Shown piece after piece: positions 24,849 to 33,602 of a stretch of 48,782 nt of DNA. A program made the position numbers and the translations under genes. The stretch's first letter is position 1. Every line of letters begins with the position of its first letter. Under the pieces are notes generated by a model. The model saw nothing but the letters and a program-made list of their open reading frames with translations. It ran no database searches and was not told the DNA's origin. Origin of the DNA: an uncultured Candidatus Saccharibacteria bacterium (GTDB lineage Bacteria > Patescibacteriota > Minisyncoccia > Portnoybacterales > UBA2143); NCBI GenBank assembly GCA_964594965.1, contig CAZQMX010000003.1, forward strand, positions 224 to 49,005. The letters are read 5' to 3'.

Positions 24849-24882
24849 AGCGGTTAAGAAAAACGATTCTTAACCGCTTTTT
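24849..24882 (+). terminator. Rho-independent terminator after the tRNA pair
   Basis: agcggttaagaa / ttcttaaccgct, a 12-bp stem followed by ttttt. Confidence 0.75.
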
Positions 24883-24884
24883 CA

Positions 24885-24913
24885 TTGCCTTAAAAAAACA
24901 GATAGGATATAAT
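24885..24913 (+). promoter_or_regulatory. Promoter giving a leaderless or near-leaderless mRNA
   Basis: TTGCCT, 17-nt spacer, TATAAT (24908-24913). ATG 24922 begins 8 nt after the -10 and there is no SD. Confidence 0.5.
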
Positions 24914-24921
24914 TTGCTCAA

Positions 24922-25458
24922 ATGGAGAAATTAAATGAAAAGGCGCTCAAATTAGGCTTGGCAGTATACCGTGTGACCAAACTTTTCCCCGGGGGCGAGA
25001 TTTTAATTTCCCAGATGAGGGGAATAGCCAATGAAATATTGTCTGATTTGGCTTTAAGCCAAAAAGCAAAGGCCGGTAAAAAGGTAGAAATCGTTTTAAG
25101 TTATCTTCAAATTGCCCGGGATCAGAATTGGATAAGAAGCGTTAATTTTGATATACTAATAAGAGGGTATAATGAGTTATTAAGAGAGATAAAGCGGGGA
25201 AATAGGGAAAAACAAGCGGATTTTTCAAAAAAAGGGAAAACTGGAAATCTAAACGAAAGACAAAAAAAGATTCTAAAGTATATTAAGAAAGTTGGGCAGG
25301 TTCAATTGAAAGAATTATCAATTTTACTTCCTAAAATTACTTCCAGGACAATTCGTAATGATATTAGAGAATTGGCTAAAAAAAGGATTATTCTTCAAGG
25401 CGGCAAAGCCAGGAATATTTTCTATAGAATTAATCGGGAAATTGATGTGGAAATCTAA
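24922..25458 (+). CDS. Helical N-terminal domain + DeoR-type winged-helix HTH protein
   Basis: C-terminal NERQKKILKYIKKVGQVQLKELSILLPKITSRTIRNDIRELAKKRII is a DeoR-like HTH. Confidence 0.45.
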   Translation: MEKLNEKALKLGLAVYRVTKLFPGGEILISQMRGIANEILSDLALSQKAKAGKKVEIVLSYLQIARDQNWIRSVNFDILIRGYNELLREIKRGNREKQADFSKKGKTGNLNERQKKILKYIKKVGQVQLKELSILLPKITSRTIRNDIRELAKKRIILQGGKARNIFYRINREIDVEI

Positions 25459-25530
25459 TTTCCGGATAATTTCCAGATAATTTCCGGATTCTTCCAGATT
25501 CTTGAATGAATTTCCAGATGATTTCCGGAT
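25457..25530 (+). repeat. Array of ~7 tandem 10-11-nt repeats AATTTCC(G/A)GAT
   Basis: Units at 25457, 25468, 25479, 25490 (10 nt), 25500 (degenerate), 25509 and 25520, lying between the HTH gene and the ECF sigma gene. Confidence 0.85.
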
Positions 25531-25558
25531 TATTCGCTTCTGTGGATAACTTGCTAAA

Positions 25559-26086
25559 ATGAAAAAGCGTCATTTTGTAAAACTATATGATAACTACGCT
25601 CCGCGAATTTATCGCTTCATTTTCCTAAAGGTGAGTTCGCCAGAAGATTCTGAAGATTTGACTTCAGAGACTTTTTTTAAGTTCTGGCAGAATATATCAA
25701 AATCAAAGGACAATAAACAAAGAGCAATGAACAATAATAAGAAGATAGATAATCCGCGGGCTTTGCTTTATCGGATAGCCCATAATCTGGTTATTGACCT
25801 TTATCGGAAGAAATCCAGGAAAGAATTGGTTTTAGACCCAAGTGAGAATGTTTTAGCTGGAATTAGGGATAAAAGCGACTTAGGGGCTAAAATTAAGATA
25901 GATTCAGATATGGAAGGGGTTAAAAAAGCGCTTTCCCAATTAAAAGATGAGCATCAGAATGTGATTGTCTGGCGATATCTGGATGAACTTTCAACCAAGG
26001 AAATTAGCCAGATTTTAGGTAAATCAGAAGGAGCAACCCGGGTTCTTGTCCATCGGGCGATGAGCGCCTTAAAAAAGAAGCTTTAA
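25559..26086 (+). CDS. ECF-type RNA polymerase sigma-70 factor
   Basis: Region 2: YAPRIYRFIFLKVSSPEDSEDLTSETFFKFW. Region 4: VIVWRYLDELSTKEISQILGKSEGATRVLVHRAMSALKK. Confidence 0.85.
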   Translation: MKKRHFVKLYDNYAPRIYRFIFLKVSSPEDSEDLTSETFFKFWQNISKSKDNKQRAMNNNKKIDNPRALLYRIAHNLVIDLYRKKSRKELVLDPSENVLAGIRDKSDLGAKIKIDSDMEGVKKALSQLKDEHQNVIVWRYLDELSTKEISQILGKSEGATRVLVHRAMSALKKKL

Positions 26087-26128
26087 GCCTGTAACAAAAA
26101 GGGTTTTTAATCGTCTTAATAGTAATAC

Positions 26129-26887
26129 ATGACAGACAAAGAACTAATCAAACAACTGAAGAGATTGGATAAAATCCAGCCGTCTCGACATTGGCTGGCT
26201 TTATTGCGTCGCAATTTGTCCGCTCAGATTGATTTTGAAATGGTTAAGGAAGGAAAGAGCGGTTTTAATTTTGGCTGGCTACCACAATTACAGCCAATAG
26301 CTTTGGCTGTTTCTTTGACTTTAATTCTGGTTTTTGGACCATGGCTGACATTAAAGGCCTCAGAACCAAGTTTGCCCGGGGAATTACTTTACGCGGTTAA
26401 AAGAGCCGGCGAAGATATCCAGAAGACAATTGCTTCTCAGGAAAGTAAAACCAAATTGGAGGTTGAATTTGCCAATCGCCGATTGGAAGAATTGGCTAAA
26501 ATAACGGGTGACTCCTTTAGTCCGGAAGAGAAGACTGAAAAAACCAAGCAGGTTATGATTGATTTCAAGGATAATTTAGCTGGATTCAGCCAGCATGTTA
26601 AAGGGATCTCTTCCAAGGAAGAAGCTGTTATTGTGGCTAAAAAGACCAAAGAATTAAAGGAAAACTTGGATAAAACCAAAGAGGGAATGCCAATTGAGGC
26701 CAAAAGTGATATTGATGAGGCAGAAAAGACAATTAAAGAGATCAGCGAGGATATTCTGGCGGTTTTAATTGATAATGGAGAAAAAGAAAGTGATCAGAAT
26801 GCCACTACAACCGGGATAATTGACGAGGAAATCCTAATTTTCTTGGAGACGGTTACCAGCACAGAGGAGATTTTGGAGAAGGAATAG
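26129..26887 (+). CDS. Putative anti-sigma factor (single TM, extracytoplasmic helical domain)
   Basis: Lies immediately downstream of the ECF sigma gene. One TM helix (LQPIALAVSLTLILVFGPWL). The LPGELLYAVKRAGEDIQ region is typical, from memory, of DUF5667-type proteins. Confidence 0.5.
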   Translation: MTDKELIKQLKRLDKIQPSRHWLALLRRNLSAQIDFEMVKEGKSGFNFGWLPQLQPIALAVSLTLILVFGPWLTLKASEPSLPGELLYAVKRAGEDIQKTIASQESKTKLEVEFANRRLEELAKITGDSFSPEEKTEKTKQVMIDFKDNLAGFSQHVKGISSKEEAVIVAKKTKELKENLDKTKEGMPIEAKSDIDEAEKTIKEISEDILAVLIDNGEKESDQNATTTGIIDEEILIFLETVTSTEEILEKE

Positions 26888-26910
26888 ATCCTTCGATTTC
26901 GCTCAGGATA
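26887..26910 (-). repeat. Inverted copy of the family B element
   Basis: agatccttcgatttcgctcaggata is the reverse complement of tatcctgagcgaaatcgaaggatct. It overlaps the stop codon and is followed by an imperfect 51-nt palindrome (26906-26956). Confidence 0.7.
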
Positions 26911-27056
26911 ACTATTTCTGGCTAAATCGGAGATTTAGAAAAATAGTTAGTTATCCACAAGAGGTTGTTTTAAAATAGTTTATTTAATGTATAATTTGAG
27001 GAAGTCCAAGCCCAAGTTGAGGATTGGTCGTGTTTTCGCGTAAATGGCGAAAAACC

Positions 27057-27085
27057 TTGACTTTTGGACTGGTTTGAGATATAAA
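27057..27085 (+). promoter_or_regulatory. Sigma70-type promoter for the large surface protein gene
   Basis: TTGACT (27057-27062), 17-nt spacer, TATAAA (27080-27085). This gives an AT-rich 5' UTR of roughly 100 nt. Confidence 0.55.
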
Positions 27086-27194
27086 TAGGACTCAATCGTA
27101 ATATTAGATATAGGTCGATGCGGTTGAAAAAATAAAGTCGAATGAGATTGTCTAATATCATATGAATTAGCTAATCTCAGAGATAAAAAACAAA

Positions 27195-30100
27195 ATGAAT
27201 AAAATGAAAAAGTCAATTACAGTTTTGACTTCTATCGCTACAACTTTGTCACTTTCAGGAGTAGCAATGCTTGCTCCGATGGCCGCTTTGGCAGTTGACG
27301 TAGTTGATGGCGATTTGATTCGTAACCCAAGCGCTGAAGGATTAGCTCAACTTGACATCTATATTGTTAAAGTTGTTGGTACTGAAAAGTACAAAAGGTT
27401 AATTCTTAGCCCTCATGTCTTTGAGAGCTATGCTCACTTTGACAAGAACGGCAATGGCAACAATTGGGATGATGTTATGGACGTTGGCCAATCAACCATG
27501 GACGAGTTCACCACCTCTGACCTAGTCAGGGTTGATGGAACCGACCAGGTTTACCGACTCCACGCTGCAGACGGCACTGACACTGGTGATAAATATTGGC
27601 TCAATATGACCGCGACTGCTTTCACGGCGGTCTTTGACGCTGATTCAATTTACACCATTAACAGCACTGACTCAGCTGGATATACGGCTGGTTCAAATGT
27701 CACTGACGCGAGCGCTACTTTCCCTCCGGTGAGTAGTGGCACAACTAGCGAAGGAACTCTTTCGGTTTCTTTGGCGGCTGATACTCCAGCATCAGGTGTT
27801 GTTGTTGAAAACGCAGCCAGGGTCTATTTCACCAAGATTAATTTAACTGCCTCAGGTGGCGATGTTATTGTTGATCAGGTAGTAACCGAAAGAACTGGTT
27901 TGGCTCAAGATGCCGCAATCACTTCTTTGGATCTTATTGATGGTGACACTGGTTTACCAATCAATGTTAACAGTAAAACCCTAAACTCAATTCATAGGTC
28001 AACTTTCAACGAAGACTTTACTGTTGCAAACGGAACAACCAAGCCAATCATTATCGCGGTTAATATGCCTTCTAGTCTTGATTCCTACAATGGTGAAGCG
28101 CCGTCATTTTCTTTAGCCGCTATTACGGTTAAAGGCGATGCTAGTGTTAACGCCAGTTTGCCAATTACCGGTAATCAGATGACTCTAAACAGCACTATTA
28201 CCATTGGTACGGCTACCATTCAAAGAGGCGCTTACACTAACGCTACTTCTACCAGCATTCAGGTTGGTAAAGAAGATTACACTTTCTTCTCCTTCCAGAT
28301 TCAAGCTGGTTCGGCTGAAAAAGTTAAGTTCAGCCAAATCAAGGTTTATCAGGAAGGCAGCGCTAGTTTAGGAACTGACGTTATCAATCTTGAATTACTT
28401 CAAGACGGGACTAAGATTGCTGATGGTATAATTGCCAGCAGTAAGTATGCTAATTTTAGTTTTGACGAAATCACTATTGATAAGGGTCAGACCCTTCAGT
28501 ACCAGGTTAGGGCCGATATTGAAGACGGTTCAGCTCGAACCATTGACATGGGTATTTACCGAACAACCGATCTATTGGTTAAGGGTGTTACCTATGGCTA
28601 CAATATTACTCCTAGCTACAGCAGTACTGGTTCAAGCGGTAACAATCCTGTCATGAGCGATAACCTTTTCACTATTTCTAATGGTACCTTACAGGTTACC
28701 AGAAGTAATAGTGTTGGAGCAGAAAATGTTGGCGTAGCCAACGATCAGTATTTGGGCGCTTTTACCTTTACTTGTAAAGGTGAACAGATTGATATTTCTG
28801 CTTTAACTTTGACTATTGCTTCAACAGGAACCGGCAGTCAAATCGAAGACGCTTTGACAGGCCTGGAATTGGTTGATCCTAACGGCGTTGTTGTCGCAGG
28901 TCCAACTGATATTACTAATGATCTTTTGACTGTTGCCTGGACAGACACCTTTACTGTTCCAGTTGGCGAGACAATTTATAAGGTCAGAGGCGACTTAGCT
29001 ACCAATGGTGGCTGGGCAAGCGATGACACTATTGTTGTCAGCTTTACTCCTTCAGACACGACTGCTCAAGGGGAAACAACTGGTAATAGCATTACTGCAA
29101 CTCCAGCTTCATCAGTCAGCGGTAATACTCAGACAGTTAAAGCCGCGGCTTTAACAATTACCAGAAACACCTTGCCGGCCAACAGCAATATTATTGTTGA
29201 CCAGAAGGATGTTAATCTTTCCAGTTGGAGCTTTGACGCGACCGATTCAGGAGAGGATATCAGAATCACTTCTATTGGCTTTACAGCTAAGGCCAGTGGT
29301 ATGGCAGCGACTAACACCAACGCCTTAACAGTTTGGGCGGATGATGTTGCTCAATCGCCAGTCAATGACGCTGTCGCTGATTCAGATTCTGGAACCGCCG
29401 CTTCTTCAACCTTTGCCTTGGAAGAGCCAATCATCATTGCCAAGGGGACAACCATGACGATTGAATTACACGGAGACAAGGATACGGTTGCCTCCGATGA
29501 CACGGAAAACTGGGGTTTGCGCGGCGATTCTGTTACTGCTTACGGCGTCAACACCGGTAACACAGTTACCGAAACTTTGACCCAGGACGATGGTCCAACC
29601 TTGACTTCGGTAGTTAATGGTACGCTGACGATTGAAACTGAAAGCAATCCTTCTTCAGCAATCGTTTTGGCTGGTTCAACAGGTAATGTCTTTAGCAATG
29701 TTAAGTTGACAGCTGAGTACGAAGATTTGCGATTAGACAGGTTAATTGTCTATGTAGCTGATGGTTCTTATACCTTCACGCCTGGCGCTGGCGAGTACCG
29801 CGATTTCACCAATGTGTCGATTTATGACGGTACGACCAAGTTGGCTGAGTCATCTATTTCATCAGACAACACGCACACCTTCAACTTTAACGCTGGCGAT
29901 TTGACTGTTCCTAGTGGTGGCAGCAAGACATTAGTTATTAAGGCTGATATGAGCACCGTTGATAAGACCAACGATAATGCTCCGGGTACCAACTCGGCTG
30001 ATGTTAAACTTGGCTTTGGCGGCGTTAATGGTATTAAAACTACCGGTATGTCCTCTAACGCGGAAATCACCACTTCAACTTATGAGGTTTACCGTAGTTC

Positions 30101-30785
30101 AACCAGCTCAGCCATGGTTCTGCGAAGCAGCAAGCCAATTGTAACCTTGCCAACTGCCGATAATAGATTAGGCGCAGCCAGCAGTTTGACATCAGATGAC
30201 GCTATTGTTTACGCCTTTAAGGTCTCTGCTGATGCTTCTGGCGGCGAGGTTCTAATGTATCGAGTCACCTTTGGTTTTGCCACTTCGGGATCAGGAGTTG
30301 TTGTTGGTAATATCAGAATTAGGGATGATAGCAGCAACACCCTAAAAACATCAACTGCTCCGGTTCAGGTAGATGGAGAAGCGGAAGTTTACTTCACAAC
30401 TACCTTTGATAGTCCTGATGTGGACAATGGCGCAGCTGGCGAAGCTGTCAAGATTGACGCTGGTGAAAGCAAGACATTCTATGTCTACGCTGATATCAGC
30501 GGAGCCGATGCGGCTGCCGATAAGCTAACCGTTCGTCTGATTGGCGACACTGCCTCAACTTCGGCCCATGTCAACACAGACAACAACGCGGACGCTTTTG
30601 GCACGCCTAACTATGACTTCACCACGGATGTCGGTAACTTTATTTGGTCTGACAACTACAAACAGGCCAATATTTCAGGAACCGGCACCAACAACGCTAC
30701 GACACAGGTTATGTGGTATAATGGTCATTTGGTCTCAGGCTTAGACAATCTTGTTAGTACTACGCCTTATACCCTTAGCTACTAA
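27195..30785 (+). CDS. Large secreted surface (S-layer-like) protein with repeated Ig-like beta-rich modules
   Basis: Signal peptide ...LAPMAALA. Thr/Ser/Asp/Gly/Val-rich and Cys-poor. Its own promoter and a strong terminator. The N-terminal module is shared with the next gene. Confidence 0.7.
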   Translation: MNKMKKSITVLTSIATTLSLSGVAMLAPMAALAVDVVDGDLIRNPSAEGLAQLDIYIVKVVGTEKYKRLILSPHVFESYAHFDKNGNGNNWDDVMDVGQSTMDEFTTSDLVRVDGTDQVYRLHAADGTDTGDKYWLNMTATAFTAVFDADSIYTINSTDSAGYTAGSNVTDASATFPPVSSGTTSEGTLSVSLAADTPASGVVVENAARVYFTKINLTASGGDVIVDQVVTERTGLAQDAAITSLDLIDGDTGLPINVNSKTLNSIHRSTFNEDFTVANGTTKPIIIAVNMPSSLDSYNGEAPSFSLAAITVKGDASVNASLPITGNQMTLNSTITIGTATIQRGAYTNATSTSIQVGKEDYTFFSFQIQAGSAEKVKFSQIKVYQEGSASLGTDVINLELLQDGTKIADGIIASSKYANFSFDEITIDKGQTLQYQVRADIEDGSARTIDMGIYRTTDLLVKGVTYGYNITPSYSSTGSSGNNPVMSDNLFTISNGTLQVTRSNSVGAENVGVANDQYLGAFTFTCKGEQIDISALTLTIASTGTGSQIEDALTGLELVDPNGVVVAGPTDITNDLLTVAWTDTFTVPVGETIYKVRGDLATNGGWASDDTIVVSFTPSDTTAQGETTGNSITATPASSVSGNTQTVKAAALTITRNTLPANSNIIVDQKDVNLSSWSFDATDSGEDIRITSIGFTAKASGMAATNTNALTVWADDVAQSPVNDAVADSDSGTAASSTFALEEPIIIAKGTTMTIELHGDKDTVASDDTENWGLRGDSVTAYGVNTGNTVTETLTQDDGPTLTSVVNGTLTIETESNPSSAIVLAGSTGNVFSNVKLTAEYEDLRLDRLIVYVADGSYTFTPGAGEYRDFTNVSIYDGTTKLAESSISSDNTHTFNFNAGDLTVPSGGSKTLVIKADMSTVDKTNDNAPGTNSADVKLGFGGVNGIKTTGMSSNAEITTSTYEVYRSSTSSAMVLRSSKPIVTLPTADNRLGAASSLTSDDAIVYAFKVSADASGGEVLMYRVTFGFATSGSGVVVGNIRIRDDSSNTLKTSTAPVQVDGEAEVYFTTTFDSPDVDNGAAGEAVKIDAGESKTFYVYADISGADAAADKLTVRLIGDTASTSAHVNTDNNADAFGTPNYDFTTDVGNFIWSDNYKQANISGTGTNNATTQVMWYNGHLVSGLDNLVSTTPYTLSY

Positions 30786-30828
30786 TAGCTAATAAGGTTA
30801 GTAGGCCCAGATTGATAGAATTGAAAGA

Positions 30829-30863
30829 AAGACCCTCCCGCAGTATTGCGGGGGGGTCTTTTG
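30829..30863 (+). terminator. Rho-independent terminator
   Basis: aagaccctcccgc / gcgggggggtctt followed by ttg. Confidence 0.8.
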
Positions 30864-30907
30864 ATTGAGTTGGCAGAGGATAATATATATGTTAAAATAT
30901 ATATATT

Positions 30908-32761
30908 ATGTTAAACAAATATACATTTTTAATATTTATTGTTTTTGTTTCGTTTTTCTTGTTCTGTTCAACGGTCAAAGCCGAGACTGGATTAAGCGTT
31001 TCTTTTGAAGATAGTTATAATTTTAACAATGCCAGCACGAGCGACATTGTTTTAGCCGGATTATCCGAATCTAAATTTGTGGCGGCTTATCAGGATGGCG
31101 GCGGTAATCGTAATTATGGAGAAGTTAGAATCGGCCAAATTTCCGGCAATGAAATAAGTTATGGTCCGGAATATAACTTTAATCCAACCAATACTGCTGA
31201 CATAGCTATTGCTTTTCTTTCAGAGAATAAGTTTATTCTTACTTATCAAGATACAGGGAAATACGGTTATGGCGGGGCGATTATTGGGGAAGTTAATGGC
31301 AATGAAATTACTTTTGGCCAAGAGTACTATTTTAATGAAAATACAACCAGCAATACTTCTTTAGCGATTCTTTCTGATAATAAGTTTATTGTTGTTTATG
31401 ACGATGAACGGTCAAACTCTAACCAAGTTAAAGCGGCGATTGGAACTATTTCAGGAACAGAGATTTCTTTTGGCGCAAGATATCCATTCAATTATTCAGC
31501 TGTGGATTATGTTAATCTGGTAATTCTTTCGGAAAGCAGTTTTATAATTGCTTACGAGGACAAAGGTTCTTCCAGGCGCGGTGTCTGCGTGCTTGGGAGT
31601 ATTTCTGGCGATAAGATCTCTTTTAGTTCAGAATATGTTTTTAATCCAACTGAGACAAAATCAATTTCGGCCGCTAAAATCGGGGAAAATAAGTTTGTTC
31701 TTGCTTATGATGATGATGGCGAAAGCTCGGACCAAGGCCGGTCAATTCTGGGCACAGTCAGCGGGTCTTCTATTTCTTTTGGTCAGGAATATATTTTCAA
31801 CAGCGCTCTGACGGGCTCTGTTTTTGCTTATTTATTTGATAGCGATAAAATACTGGTTGCTTATCAGGACGAGAATAGTTCTAGCGGCGAAGTTGCTATT
31901 GGGCAAGTATTAGAAGACAGTATTATTTTTGATACAGCCAGATATATTTTTCATCCTAGCAATACAGAAAATATTTTTGCAGGAATCCTATCTAGGGACA
32001 GTTTTGTTCTGGGCTACCGAAATTCATCAAGTAATCTTGATTATGGGGTAGGGATTACAGGAACTATTTCAGGCTTTGCGCCCGAACCCGAACCTGAGCC
32101 CGAACCCGAACCCGAACCTGAGCCCGAACCTGAGTCTATAACCATCGCCGACGGCGACTTAATCCGTAATCCTAATGCTGAAGGCATGGCTCAATTTGAC
32201 ATCTATATTGTCAAACTTGTTGGAAGCGCAAAGTTTAAGCGTCTTATCTTAAGTCCCCACGTCTTTGAAAGTTATGCCCACTTTGACAAGGATGGCAATG
32301 GTAGCCCTTGGAACGATGTTATGGACGTAGCTCAATCTTCTTTGGACGATCATGTGACTTCTGCCCTGGTTAGAGCTGTAGGAGACGATAAGGTCTACAA
32401 ACTGATTGCCAGCGGAGACACCGGCACCAAGCAATGGCTTAATATGACCGCTAGTCAATTTGCTATTGATTACGACGCCAATTCTATTTACGAGATTAAT
32501 GCGACTGATCGTGGCGCTTATGCTCTCGGCGTAAATATTACCAGCGGTAGCGCCAGCACCGCAGAAACCATTATTATTAAGGTTGCTACTCTAAGAGTTA
32601 GAAGCTTACCCTCTTTAGATGGAGAGGTTCTGACCAACGTCAGTCAAGATGAGACATATGACCTGATTGACGAACAGGACGGCTGGTATAAGATTACGGC
32701 TAACAGCGTTACGGGCTGGTGTTACGGCGGAGATACTGGCGGCTACGCAGCTAAGCAGTAG
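30908..32761 (+). CDS. Secreted protein: 7 beta-propeller-like repeats + (PE)9 linker + shared surface module + C-terminal SH3b domain
   Basis: Seven ~52-aa repeats (I(S/T)FGxEYxFN...LSxxKF(I/V)xxYxD). APEPEPEPEPEPEPEPEPES linker. GDLIRNPNAEG...SPHVFESYAHFDK module. RVRSLPSLDGEVL...DGWYKI SH3_3-like domain. Confidence 0.7.
   Translation: MLNKYTFLIFIVFVSFFLFCSTVKAETGLSVSFEDSYNFNNASTSDIVLAGLSESKFVAAYQDGGGNRNYGEVRIGQISGNEISYGPEYNFNPTNTADIAIAFLSENKFILTYQDTGKYGYGGAIIGEVNGNEITFGQEYYFNENTTSNTSLAILSDNKFIVVYDDERSNSNQVKAAIGTISGTEISFGARYPFNYSAVDYVNLVILSESSFIIAYEDKGSSRRGVCVLGSISGDKISFSSEYVFNPTETKSISAAKIGENKFVLAYDDDGESSDQGRSILGTVSGSSISFGQEYIFNSALTGSVFAYLFDSDKILVAYQDENSSSGEVAIGQVLEDSIIFDTARYIFHPSNTENIFAGILSRDSFVLGYRNSSSNLDYGVGITGTISGFAPEPEPEPEPEPEPEPEPESITIADGDLIRNPNAEGMAQFDIYIVKLVGSAKFKRLILSPHVFESYAHFDKDGNGSPWNDVMDVAQSSLDDHVTSALVRAVGDDKVYKLIASGDTGTKQWLNMTASQFAIDYDANSIYEINATDRGAYALGVNITSGSASTAETIIIKVATLRVRSLPSLDGEVLTNVSQDETYDLIDEQDGWYKITANSVTGWCYGGDTGGYAAKQ
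32081..32134 (+). repeat. Hexanucleotide tandem repeat (ccc/cct gaa/gag) x9 encoding (PE)9
   Basis: Direct reading of the sequence. Confidence 0.95.
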
Positions 32762-32803
32762 TAGTAATAAAGATTAAGGTTAAAGGTAAAATTTAACTTA
32801 TTC

Positions 32804-32834
32804 AAAAGGCAAGTCTTTTGGGCTTGCCTTTTGG
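32804..32834 (+). terminator. Rho-independent terminator
   Basis: aaaaggcaag / cttgcctttt. Confidence 0.7.
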
Positions 32835-32858
32835 TTGAGAGTTATGTAGTATTGAATT

Positions 32859-33545
32859 ATGAATAAAAAACGTTATTTTGTTATTGTTTTAATTGCTTTA
32901 GTGATTGGAGCGGTTTTTTATTTCTATTTGACCAAGTTTTTTTTGCCAGCCAGAGAGGAAAATAAAATATATACTGCCGATGATTTCCCTCAGGCGTTGG
33001 AAAAGATGGATGAGGAAATTTTGAGATTGACTTTGGAAGACCTAAACAGCCAATACCAGGATAAAAAAGAAGACAAACAGGTTTATGTTAGTTGGATTAA
33101 TATTGGTATTTTAAAAAAACGGCTGGGAGATTATCAGGGCGCGGAAGATGCCTGGCAAAACGCTATTTCCTACAATCCAGATCAGCCATTGGCTTTTGGC
33201 AACCTGGCCGATTTGTATCTTTTTGAGTTAAAAGAAATTGAAAAAGCAGAAGAATATTACAAGAAAGTTTTAACCATGAGTCCTAATTATTATAATTATT
33301 ATATCGGTTTAGCAACATTATACCGCTACGAAATGACTGATAAGGCCAATTTAATAGAGAATTTAATGAATGATGGCGCCAGGATTAATCCGGGCGAGAG
33401 GGAGAATTACTATATGTATTTGGCTAGTTATTTTGCCCATGGACCTGAAAACAAAGGCGGCAATGATATTGAAAAAGCCAAATTTTATACTCAAAAAACA
33501 TTGGAAGTTGATCCTAATCTAAAAGATCAACTGCCTGATTTATAG
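32859..33545 (+). CDS. Membrane-anchored TPR-repeat protein
   Basis: N-terminal TM helix. TPR-like GDYQGAEDAWQNAISYNPDQ and EKAEEYYKKVLTMSPN. Confidence 0.65.
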   Translation: MNKKRYFVIVLIALVIGAVFYFYLTKFFLPAREENKIYTADDFPQALEKMDEEILRLTLEDLNSQYQDKKEDKQVYVSWINIGILKKRLGDYQGAEDAWQNAISYNPDQPLAFGNLADLYLFELKEIEKAEEYYKKVLTMSPNYYNYYIGLATLYRYEMTDKANLIENLMNDGARINPGERENYYMYLASYFAHGPENKGGNDIEKAKFYTQKTLEVDPNLKDQLPDL

Positions 33546-33560
33546 AGACCACTATGACAG

Positions 33561-33591
33561 TAGGGTTCAACCCTTACTAGGGTTCAACCCT
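33561..33591. repeat. Tandem duplication of the hairpin motif TAGGGTTCAACCCT
   Basis: tagggttcaaccct at 33561-33574 and 33578-33591. The GGTTCAACC core resembles the family A element. Confidence 0.8.
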
Positions 33592-33602
33592 CTTGTTTAA
33601 AT

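Noticed and set aside
25457-25530. Possible CRISPR array
   Set aside because: The units are 10-11 nt with no spacers, and no cas genes are present. It is a tandem repeat, not a CRISPR.
28432-30744. Internal ORFs of the surface-protein gene (28432-28656, 29129-29320, 29822-30073, 29959-30144, 30541-30744)
   Set aside because: They are embedded in alternative or antisense frames of a continuous 1196-aa ORF that has a signal peptide, a promoter and a terminator.
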